Shown: piece after piece, positions 9,133 through 16,363 of the stretch | Numbering within the stretch: position 1 is the first letter of the stretch | How the letters are laid out: the number at the start of each line of letters is the position of its first letter | NCBI GenBank assembly: GCA_964354775.1 | Contig: CAYHBC010000004.1 | Span: 1-30,664 of the forward strand | Direction: 5' to 3' | Source: an uncultured Dehalococcoidales bacterium | GTDB taxonomy: Bacteria; Chloroflexota; Dehalococcoidia; GIF9; AB-539-J10 | Length of the DNA stretch: 30,664 nt | Program-made: the position numbers and the translations under genes | Notes under the pieces: model-generated | Told to the model about the DNA's origin: nothing | The model's database searches: none | What the model saw: only the letters and a program-made list of their open reading frames with translations

Positions 9133-10305
9133 ATGAAACTGCTAGTTCTAGGTCTGGGGCAGTGTGGCGGTAGGATTGCGGATAAGTTTGCGCGGCTGAA
9201 CAAGAGGGCGCAGGCGCTACGGGGAATTGACATAATCGTCGATGCCTTTGCCATTAACACCGATGTTGCCGATTTAAGCGGACTAATCCATGTCCCGGCG
9301 GATTATAAGCATAGAATTATCGTTGGGGGACGAAAGGCAAGTGGACACGGAGTAGGCAAGATAAGCGAGCTTGGCGCTGAGATAGCGCACGAAGATAGCG
9401 ATAAGATTGTAGACGCGATAAGAACGGCGCAACGGTTCCCCGAGACCGACGCCTTTTTGCTGATTGCCGGCGCTTCCGGGGGCACAGGCTCCGGAGCAAT
9501 AGGGGTATTAACCCAACACTTGAGAGAGCGATATGCTGGTAAACCGCTTTACAATCTCCTCGTTCTACCTTTTCAGCAGGAGGAAACGACGGAAACAAGA
9601 ACCATATATAACACCGCCGTATGCCTTAAATCAGCTTATCTGGTGGCTGATGCCATATTCCTCGTCGATAACCAGAGGTATATTGAGAAAAGCGCCTCCA
9701 TCTCGGAGAACCTCGCCCGGATTAATGCCCGGATAGTTGAGCCATTTTACAATTTACTCTGCGCTGGTGAAGAGATAAGACCGAAATATGTCGGGGCAAA
9801 GGTGCTCGACGCCGGAGATATAATACAGACTGCGGTAGGCTGGACAGTAATCGGCGAGGGTAAATCGTTGCTCTCCAGAAAGAAGTTCCCCTTTGAAAAG
9901 ACACGCCATTTCCGGAATAAGGAGGCGGAGACCAATAAAGGGGCTCACGCTATGGACAAAGCCCTGAGCGAGCTGTCATTGGCCTGTAATACTAAAGAGG
10001 CAAGGAGGGCTCTCTATCTCCTCTCGGCACCACCCCAGGAAATGAATATGGAGATAATCAAGGAGCTTGGAGAGAACCTGAGAGCAGTAGCCCCGGATGC
10101 CTTGATACGGAGTGGTGACTACCCCAGACCAAAAGGTTCGCTGGAGGTTACCGTAATTCTCTCTGAAATTCTGGCTCTGCGCAAAGTTACCGCCTACTTC
10201 AGCAAGGCGCTGGAGCTGATTTCTACTATGAAAGCGCGACGGGGAGTCCAATACGCCGGTAGAGAACTTGAGGAAATGTTCGGCGATATTCCGGTGTTAC
10301 TGTAA
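9133..10305 (+). CDS. Tubulin/FtsZ-superfamily GTPase, CetZ (archaeal FtsZ3)-like rather than canonical FtsZ
   Basis: GLGQCGGRIA (T1), AINT..ADL, GHGVG...ELGAEIAHED (T3), AGASGGTGSG (signature loop), LVLP..E, LVDN, INARIV..F..L.CAGE, VLDAGDIIQT (T7). These match the CetZ pattern (GQAGG, GHGVG..NELGAEIAEED, L.GAGE, VVDSSEIINT), not the FtsZ pattern (GGGGGN, GLGAG, INLDFADV). Confidence 0.85.
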   Translation: MKLLVLGLGQCGGRIADKFARLNKRAQALRGIDIIVDAFAINTDVADLSGLIHVPADYKHRIIVGGRKASGHGVGKISELGAEIAHEDSDKIVDAIRTAQRFPETDAFLLIAGASGGTGSGAIGVLTQHLRERYAGKPLYNLLVLPFQQEETTETRTIYNTAVCLKSAYLVADAIFLVDNQRYIEKSASISENLARINARIVEPFYNLLCAGEEIRPKYVGAKVLDAGDIIQTAVGWTVIGEGKSLLSRKKFPFEKTRHFRNKEAETNKGAHAMDKALSELSLACNTKEARRALYLLSAPPQEMNMEIIKELGENLRAVAPDALIRSGDYPRPKGSLEVTVILSEILALRKVTAYFSKALELISTMKARRGVQYAGRELEEMFGDIPVLL

Positions 10306-10327
10306 TCAGCCCCGCTTAATTCCTTCT

Positions 10328-10834
10328 TTATCGTCGGCTCTTGGTAAATATCAGCCAGGTCTGTCCCATAGCCTCATTGTGGGCTTCCCAGGCTTTCTGT
10401 TCCGCTTCCTCAAGGTTTCTTAGCGCCTGCATGGCGCTTTCCTCATGGACCTTCCTCGCTCGCTCCTCAGCTTCTTCCCTGATTCTCAATGCCTGGGCGA
10501 TGCTCTCCCCATAGGCCTTCCTCGCTCGCTCCTCAGCTTCCTCCCTGATTCTCAATGCCTGGGCGATGCTCTCCCCATAGGCCTTCCTCACCTGCTCCTT
10601 GACCTGCTGGTAGGCTTTTCCCGTTTGCTGTTCCTGGTCTTTATAAGCGTCATCTACCTGGCGTTGAGCCTCCAGGTAGGCGGTGTAAGCCATCGTGGCG
10701 CGCTGTTGAATTTCATCAAGGGGAAGGACTACTGGGGGAGGGGCACTCTGCCTGGCTTTCCTGGCGCCCTTCTGGGGTGGCTGTCCCGCCTCTTCTTCAT
10801 TTGCCGCAAAATCTTGCTCTTTTGGGTCAGACAT
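10328..10834 (-). CDS. Hypothetical 168-aa helical protein with 11/22-residue repeats
   Basis: Strong SD (AAGGAGG) upstream of ATG; disordered Pro-rich N-terminus, then a helical region with AY recurring at 11/22-residue spacing; no TM segment. Confidence 0.8.
   Translation of the reverse strand: MSDPKEQDFAANEEEAGQPPQKGARKARQSAPPPVVLPLDEIQQRATMAYTAYLEAQRQVDDAYKDQEQQTGKAYQQVKEQVRKAYGESIAQALRIREEAEERARKAYGESIAQALRIREEAEERARKVHEESAMQALRNLEEAEQKAWEAHNEAMGQTWLIFTKSRR
10450..10589. repeat. Near-perfect 66-bp in-frame tandem duplication (about 2.1 copies, one mismatch)
   Basis: 10450-10515 is repeated at 10516-10581 (plus 8 bp). It encodes RKAYGESIAQALRIREEAEERA twice; a degenerate third copy follows in the protein. 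Confidence 0.95.
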
Positions 10835-10856
10835 AATATACCTCCTTCGCTCTTAC

Positions 10857-13133
10857 CTACTTTTGACCTGTTTCATCACCCTCTTCTTCTTCCTCTTCCC
10901 CTTCCTCTTCCCCTTCCCCCTCCTCTTCTTCTTCTACTTCCTCAGCATGTTTATCCTTGTTAGCCGCATACATTTTAGCTAAGAAATCCAGACGCGCCTC
11001 AATTCCTCCGGGGGACTTCTTGGGCACCGCTCGCTCTTCCCCGCCACTACTTTCAGCCCCGGTCAGCATCTCCTCCAACGCCTCCGGCGAAATTTCACCA
11101 GCTTCCAGGGCTGGTTTTCTTATCTTAGCCGCCTCGCTTACCGATTTCTCAAATAGTTGCATCGCTGCTCTTACTGCGCTCCGGGCTGATTTGCTTATTC
11201 CCTCAGCCTTACTAAGCGCTTCCTCAAATGTCCTTACTGATGATATCACCGCCTCCCTGGCTACCCTTATTGATGCATCAGTAGCCTCCTTTGCCATTTG
11301 AGCTGATTCCTCGGCGCTTTGCCGGGCAGCCTGACTTATTTGCTCCGCCTTGCTTATTGCTTCCTGAGACGCCTTCTTCGTCTCCTCAGCAATCTTTTTG
11401 GTAGCCCGGCTTATTTCCTCCGCGCGGCTCACTACTTCCCGGGATGCTGCCTTCGCTTCTTCAGCAGTTCTGGCGTTAACCTTGCTTATTTCCTCCGCCC
11501 TGCTTATTGCTTCCCGGGAGGCTATCTTCGCTTCCTCAGCAACCTCTTTTGCCTCTCGCCCCACTCCCTCAGCTTTGCTTATTGCCTCCCGAGACGCCTT
11601 ATCCGCTCCTTCAGCGGTCCCTATCGCCATTTTACTCATTTCCTCCGCCCTGCTTATCGCTTTTTCAAACGAGCTTACCGACGCTTTAACGGTGGCTATC
11701 GCCCTTTGGCTTATTTCCTCGGCTCGGCTGACCCCTTCCTCAGTGGCTTTAGTTGATTTCTCCATCGCCACCATGGCTAATCTAATTGATTCTTCAGCCC
11801 GGCTTAGCGCTTCCTGAAATGTTTTTTGAGCTTCTTCGGTAGTTTCCAGGGCAGCCTGGCTTATCTCCTCCGTTCTGGCGACAGCCTCCTTGCTGGCCTG
11901 GCTGATTTCCTCAGCCCGGACGCTTGCCTCCTGTGAAATTCGCTTGGCTTCCTCCGCCCTATCCATAGCCCCTTGAGACACCCTCTTCGCTTCTTCGGCA
12001 GCCTCCACGCCTGCCTGGACTGCTGCCTCTGCTTTGCTCATAGCCTTTTGTGATGACTTTCGTGCTTCTTCAGCTTTGCTTATAGCCTCCTGGGATGCCT
12101 GCTTCGCTTCCGCAGCAACTTCCAGGCTCGCCTGGTTGATTTCTTCCGCTTTAGTGGTAGCCTCTTGAGCGGCAAGCATCGCTTCCGAAGCAGCCTCCAC
12201 AGCCGTCCGGCTCAATTCCTCGGCTCGAGCTATTGCCTCTTGAGATGCCTTCTTCGTTCTCCTAGCAGTTTCCAGGGCTGCCTGACTTACCTCTTCAGCC
12301 CTGGCTATTACCTCCTGGGATGTCTTTGCCGATGTCTCAGTAGTCTCTACCGCCCTTCGGCTTAGCACATCAGCTTGGCTTATCATCTCCCCTAATGTCT
12401 TTGTCGCTGCCTCAGACGCCTCCATAGCCGTTCGGCTGACTTTTCCAGCATTGCTTATTCCTTCCTTAGATGCCCTTGCCGCAGCATCAATTGCCTCCAT
12501 GGCTAAGGCGATTGATGCCTCAGCCCGGCTCATTGCTTCCTGGGATGTTCTTATCGCGGTATCGGCTGCCTCTCGGGACTCCTGGCTTATCCTTTCAGCC
12601 TCGCTTACCACTTGTTGTGATGCTGCTCGCGCTTCCTCAGCAGCTTCCCGGGCTATTTGACTTACTCGCTCAGCCTCCTCCAGCGCCTTCAATGAAGTCT
12701 CTTTCGCCTCTTCAGCAGTTCCCCGGGCAGACTGACTCACCTCATCGGCTTTGCTCACCCTCTCCAGGGATGCCTTTACCGCCGCCTCCAGTTTGCTTAC
12801 CGTTTCTTCAAAGGCCTTTGCCGAGGCTTCCGAAGCCTCGGTGGCGAGCTTGATTGACGCTTCAGCCCGGTCTACTGCTTCCCGGGATGCTTTTGTTGCT
12901 CCTTCAGCAATCTCCCTGGCTTCCTGGCTTACCCTCTCCGCCTCCCTTATCGCTTCCTCTAAGGTTCTCTTCGCTTCCTCGGCAATCTTTGTAGCTGCCT
13001 CTCCTGACTCCAAAGCTCTGATTAGCGCCTGCTGCGATATGCCGGTCGCTTCCTCAGCAACCTTCTCCGCCGCCCGCCTCATCGCCTCGGCTCTAGCTAC
13101 TGCCTCTTCAAATGTGCTGGTTTTGTTTCGCAT
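10857..13133 (-). CDS. Hypothetical 758-aa Ala/Glu/Ser-rich repetitive coiled-coil protein with an acidic C-terminal tail
   Basis: 2.3-kb uninterrupted ORF; ATG 13133 is preferred over GTG 13142; 25-residue periodicity; no Pro/Cys/Trp in the repeat region; no signal peptide or TM segment; poly-Glu tail. Confidence 0.85.
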   Translation of the reverse strand: MRNKTSTFEEAVARAEAMRRAAEKVAEEATGISQQALIRALESGEAATKIAEEAKRTLEEAIREAERVSQEAREIAEGATKASREAVDRAEASIKLATEASEASAKAFEETVSKLEAAVKASLERVSKADEVSQSARGTAEEAKETSLKALEEAERVSQIAREAAEEARAASQQVVSEAERISQESREAADTAIRTSQEAMSRAEASIALAMEAIDAAARASKEGISNAGKVSRTAMEASEAATKTLGEMISQADVLSRRAVETTETSAKTSQEVIARAEEVSQAALETARRTKKASQEAIARAEELSRTAVEAASEAMLAAQEATTKAEEINQASLEVAAEAKQASQEAISKAEEARKSSQKAMSKAEAAVQAGVEAAEEAKRVSQGAMDRAEEAKRISQEASVRAEEISQASKEAVARTEEISQAALETTEEAQKTFQEALSRAEESIRLAMVAMEKSTKATEEGVSRAEEISQRAIATVKASVSSFEKAISRAEEMSKMAIGTAEGADKASREAISKAEGVGREAKEVAEEAKIASREAISRAEEISKVNARTAEEAKAASREVVSRAEEISRATKKIAEETKKASQEAISKAEQISQAARQSAEESAQMAKEATDASIRVAREAVISSVRTFEEALSKAEGISKSARSAVRAAMQLFEKSVSEAAKIRKPALEAGEISPEALEEMLTGAESSGGEERAVPKKSPGGIEARLDFLAKMYAANKDKHAEEVEEEEEGEGEEEGEEEEEEGDETGQK
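11116..13112 (-). repeat. Degenerate coding repeat array: about 23 x 25 aa (75 bp) with four 14-aa units and one 22-aa unit
   Basis: Hand parsing, e.g. SREAISRAEEISKVNARTAEEAKAA / SREVVSRAEEISRATKKIAEETKKA / SQEAISKAEQISQAARQSAEESAQM. Confidence 0.85.
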
Positions 13134-13208
13134 ACCCTTCACCCTCGTGAGCCACTTAGTATTCTACTCCTTCTCCCCCTTATTTTACCAAAAACTCAAG
13201 CTCAATAG

Positions 13209-13282
13209 TGGGCCATTGTGGACTCGAACCACAGACCCCGGCCTTATCAGGACCGTGCTCTAACCAGCTGAGCTAATGGCCC
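13209..13282 (-). tRNA. tRNA-Ile (GAT), 3' CCA not encoded
   Basis: GGGCCAT acceptor stem, GCTC/GAGC D-stem, CGGTC-CTGATAA-GGCCG anticodon arm, TGTGG-TTCGAGT-CCACA T arm, ATGGCCC-A followed by CTA. Confidence 0.97.
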
Positions 13283-13293
13283 TTATCAACATA

Positions 13294-13323
13294 AATATAT
13301 CTTTCATTGCTAGGTAGTGTCAA
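13294..13323 (-). promoter_or_regulatory. sigma70-type promoter of tRNA-Ile
   Basis: Minus strand TTGACA (13323-13318), 18 bp, TATATT (13299-13294), 11 nt upstream of the tRNA. Confidence 0.65.
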
Positions 13324-13397
13324 TTGCTTGTATTCCTGGGTGGTTGTGGTATATTATACAACCAATTTTTTCATTATTTGAGGAGGCGGCAGCTATA

Positions 13398-13568
13398 ATG
13401 AGCGCAGATTGGGCTGAGGCAGCCAGGATAGCCGGAGTGGGCTTCGGCATTGTTTTTATCGTCTTGATTCTCCTCTGGCTGGTGAGTTTTGGTCTGGGAA
13501 AAATATTCCAGAGGTGGGAGAAGGAAGAAGAGCCCGAGCCGGAGAAGCCGGACAATAAGCAGGCTTAA
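13398..13568 (+). CDS. oadG: OadG-family gamma/delta subunit of a Na+-translocating decarboxylase (56 aa)
   Basis: SD GAGGAGG upstream of ATG 13398; single TM (GVGFGIVFIVLILLWLV) followed by a Pro/Glu linker; directly upstream of the beta subunit. The ORF-track start at 13317 is too long. Confidence 0.75.
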   Translation: MSADWAEAARIAGVGFGIVFIVLILLWLVSFGLGKIFQRWEKEEEPEPEKPDNKQA

Positions 13569-13583
13569 ACCAGAGAATATGCT

Positions 13584-14765
13584 ATGTTTGGTATCGGAAC
13601 CGCCTTAGCCTCCTTCACCTGGCAGCAACTGGTAATGCTCCTTATCGGTGGCTTGCTCATCTATCTCGGTATAGCCCGGAAGTGGGAGCCGTTTCTTTTA
13701 GTGCCCATTGGCTTCGGGATTATCGTGGGCAACCTCCCCCTGGGCTACGGGGTAATGGGGTTCCAGATGCCCGATGGCACTCTCCTGAGCTATTTACCCC
13801 CGCAGTGGACCGAACTTATCCAGCAGGGGGGAAAACCAGTCGGTTTCCTGTCCCGCATCTTTCAGTATGGTTTTGGCTGGGAGATTATTCCCATCCTGAT
13901 GTTTCTCGGGCTGGGGGCGATGACCGACTTCGGTCCTCTCATTGCCCGCCCGGTTTATTTCCTCCTGGGCGCCGCAGCCCAATTCGGGGTCTATGCCGCC
14001 TTCTTCCTGGCAATCGCTGTGGGATTCAAAATTCCTGAAGCGTGCAGCATCGGAATTATCGGGGGTGCTGATGGTCCCACCACGGTCTACCTCACCCAGA
14101 TACTGTCTCCTCACCTCATGGGATTTACCGCCGTAGCGGCTTACACCTATATGGCTATGGTGCCGCTAATCCAGCCCCCGGTTATCAGGCTGATTACCAC
14201 CAAGAAGGAGCGGGCAATATATATGGCGCCGCAACTAAGAGCGGTCTCTAACCGGGAAAAGATAGCCTTCCCCATCTATGTCACCATCATCACCGGTCTT
14301 CTGGTGCCGGCGGCACTGCCGCTTATCGCCACGTTCATGTTCGGCAACCTGCTTTCAGTTACCGGCGTTACCACCAGGCTGTCCAACACCTTAGCCACCG
14401 CCTTCACGGATGTGATAACTGTTTTCCTCGGTTTTTGCGTTGGCGCCTATGTATCCGCCGAGTCCTCCCTGCATCATGGACCGCTGCTGGTATTCGTCCT
14501 CGGTGTAGCCGCCTTTGCTTTCGCCACCGCCGGCGGCGTAATTTTTGCCAAGCTGCTGAACCTGGTGCTCCGACCCCAAATTAATCCCCTCATCGGAGCT
14601 GCCGGCGTCTCGGCAGTGCCGATGTCCGCCAGGGTAGTGCAGAGGATGGGACAGCAGGCTAATCCCAGGAATTTCCTGCTGATGCACGCTATGGGACCCA
14701 ATGTGGCTGGCGTTATTGGCACCGCCGCTGCCGCCGGGGCGTTCTTAGCCCTGCTGGGTTACTAG
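13584..14765 (+). CDS. oadB: Na+-translocating decarboxylase beta subunit (OadB/MmdB/GcdB family)
   Basis: EPFLLVPIGFG, GLGAMTDFGPLIA, GAAAQFG, IGIIGGADGPT (conserved Asp), NPLIGAAGVSAVPMSARV, LLMHAMGPNVAGVIG. Confidence 0.95.
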   Translation: MFGIGTALASFTWQQLVMLLIGGLLIYLGIARKWEPFLLVPIGFGIIVGNLPLGYGVMGFQMPDGTLLSYLPPQWTELIQQGGKPVGFLSRIFQYGFGWEIIPILMFLGLGAMTDFGPLIARPVYFLLGAAAQFGVYAAFFLAIAVGFKIPEACSIGIIGGADGPTTVYLTQILSPHLMGFTAVAAYTYMAMVPLIQPPVIRLITTKKERAIYMAPQLRAVSNREKIAFPIYVTIITGLLVPAALPLIATFMFGNLLSVTGVTTRLSNTLATAFTDVITVFLGFCVGAYVSAESSLHHGPLLVFVLGVAAFAFATAGGVIFAKLLNLVLRPQINPLIGAAGVSAVPMSARVVQRMGQQANPRNFLLMHAMGPNVAGVIGTAAAAGAFLALLGY

Positions 14766-14767
14766 CC

Positions 14768-15238
14768 TCACCCCTTTTCTTCCCATAAACGCGCCACTGT
14801 CTTCCTGATAACTTCGTAGCTGAAGCCGCGATAGCCAAGGTAATTGGACAAGCGCCGCTGGAAATCGGGGTAGTCCCGGTGGGCAAGGGAAGACATCCGT
14901 CGGCGCCCCAGCTTATAGGCGTTTTCTTCATCGTCTATCCCCAGGGTCACCGCACCGATGATTTCCCCCGCCACCCCTTTATCCCTTAGCTCCTTACGGA
15001 TTAAGCGGCTGCTCCGGGGCTTAAAGGACAGGCGATTATTCTTCCAGAACTCGGCGAAGGCGAGGTCGTCAATTAGATTTTGCCCTTTAAGCTCCGCTAT
15101 TGCCCTTTCGAGCATTTCCCCGCTGAAGCTGCGCCGCCGCAGATAGTGCCTTACCTCGGCTTCGCTCCGGGGACGGTAGCCCAGATAGCGATAGGCTAGG
15201 TCAAGACAGCGCTGAAGGGGACTATCATTAGCGGTCAC
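14768..15238 (-). CDS. recX: Regulatory protein RecX
   Basis: YRYLGYRPRSEAEVR, LIDDLAFA, IRKELRDKGV, YLGYRGFSYEVI; immediately downstream of recA. Confidence 0.92.
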   Translation of the reverse strand: MTANDSPLQRCLDLAYRYLGYRPRSEAEVRHYLRRRSFSGEMLERAIAELKGQNLIDDLAFAEFWKNNRLSFKPRSSRLIRKELRDKGVAGEIIGAVTLGIDDEENAYKLGRRRMSSLAHRDYPDFQRRLSNYLGYRGFSYEVIRKTVARLWEEKG

Positions 15239-15252
15239 TTAAGCTTTCCCGA

Positions 15253-16293
15253 CTAGGCAGGCTCTTGCTCAGGAAGGTCTGAGCTTTGTCGGGCAGCAGT
15301 GCGTAAGGGGACATTTGCCGCTCTGATTTCGCGTTCCAGTTGCGCTGCAGTCTCAGGATGCTGCTTTAAGTAGTCCCGGGCATTCTCCCTTCCCTGCCCC
15401 AGTTTTATCTCCTTGTAAGTGAAGAACGCTCCCGATTTCTTCACTATCCCTGCAGCGACACCGAGGTCGAGCAAATCCCCCTCCCGGCTTATCCCCTGTT
15501 TGAACATTATATCGAATTCAGTGCTGCGAAATGGAGGAGATACTTTATTCTTGACCACCCTGGCTCTAACTCTTGTCCCCACTATCTCCGAGCCCTGCTT
15601 GATGGGCTCGCCCCTTCTTAAGTCTATCCTGATGGAGCTATAGAACTTAAGCGCTCTCCCTCCGGGAGTTACCTCAGGATTGCCGAAAAAAACGCCGACC
15701 TTCTCCCGGAGCTGATTGATGAAGACCACCGCGGTCCGAGACTTGCCAATGGCAGCTACCAGCTTCCTTAATGCCTGGGACATCAACCGCGCTTGCAGCC
15801 CGACATGGGCGTCTCCCATCTCGCCTTCTATCTCCGCCCGGGGCACCAATGCCGCTACGCTATCAATGACAATTACATCCAGGGCGCCGCTCCTCACCAG
15901 CGTCTCGGTGATTTCCAGAGCTTCCTCGCCAGTATCCGGCTGGGAAATAAGCAGGTCATTGAGCTGGATGCCGCAGCTGGCGCCGTATGCCGGGTCAAAG
16001 GCATGCTCGGCATCTATATAGGCAACGATGCCGCCGTTCTTCTGGGCTTCAGCTATTATATGCTGGGCAAGCGTGGTCTTGCCTGAGCCTTCAGAGCCGA
16101 AAATTTCAATAACGCGCCCTCTGGGGATACCGCCTACGCCCAGAGCCAAATCAAGAGATATTGAGCCCGTGGGGATAACCTCTATCGGCACTTTGGCTAC
16201 GGCTTCCCCCAGCTTCATAATTGCGCCCTTGCCAAATTCTTTCTCAATTTGCTCAATAGCCAGCTTGGCGCTCTGCTCTTTTTCTGTCGCCAT
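15253..16293 (-). CDS. recA: Recombinase RecA (346 aa)
   Basis: [96 protein letters not shown]. True start is ATG 16293, not 16911. Confidence 0.99.
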   Translation of the reverse strand: MATEKEQSAKLAIEQIEKEFGKGAIMKLGEAVAKVPIEVIPTGSISLDLALGVGGIPRGRVIEIFGSEGSGKTTLAQHIIAEAQKNGGIVAYIDAEHAFDPAYGASCGIQLNDLLISQPDTGEEALEITETLVRSGALDVIVIDSVAALVPRAEIEGEMGDAHVGLQARLMSQALRKLVAAIGKSRTAVVFINQLREKVGVFFGNPEVTPGGRALKFYSSIRIDLRRGEPIKQGSEIVGTRVRARVVKNKVSPPFRSTEFDIMFKQGISREGDLLDLGVAAGIVKKSGAFFTYKEIKLGQGRENARDYLKQHPETAAQLEREIRAANVPLRTAARQSSDLPEQEPA

Positions 16294-16302
16294 TTCGCCG
16301 CT

Positions 16303-16331
16303 ATTATGGCACAGGGCATAGCGCAATGCAA
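16303..16331 (-). promoter_or_regulatory. sigma70-type (extended -10) promoter of recA
   Basis: Minus strand TTGCAT, 17 bp, TGc-CATAAT; ATG 9 nt downstream, no SD. Confidence 0.6.
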
Positions 16332-16363
16332 TTAGAGTAGAGAATAAGATAATATTAAGAAAT

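Noticed and set aside
9133-10305. Calling the GTPase canonical cell-division FtsZ
   Set aside because: It lacks the GGGGGN, GLGAG and NLDFAD motifs and the dcw context; its motifs fit CetZ better.
10857-13133. Methyl-accepting chemotaxis protein, phage tape measure or CRISPR array explanation for the repeats
   Set aside because: No MCP hairpin motif or TM segments, and no phage genes nearby. The repeats are degenerate in-frame coding units without identical repeats and unique spacers.
10445-13263. Plus-strand ORFs opposite the repeat proteins (e.g. 10445-10963, 11398-11817, 12751-13263)
   Set aside because: They are antisense shadows of biased Ala/Glu/Ser codons, with no RBS or recognisable motifs.
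9077-13282. Integrative island inserted at the tRNA-Ile 3' end
   Set aside because: No integrase, and no duplicated tRNA 3' sequence was found near rpsI or elsewhere in the window.
16294-16363. LexA (GAAC-N4-GTTC) box upstream of recA
   Set aside because: No such motif is visible in the intergenic region.
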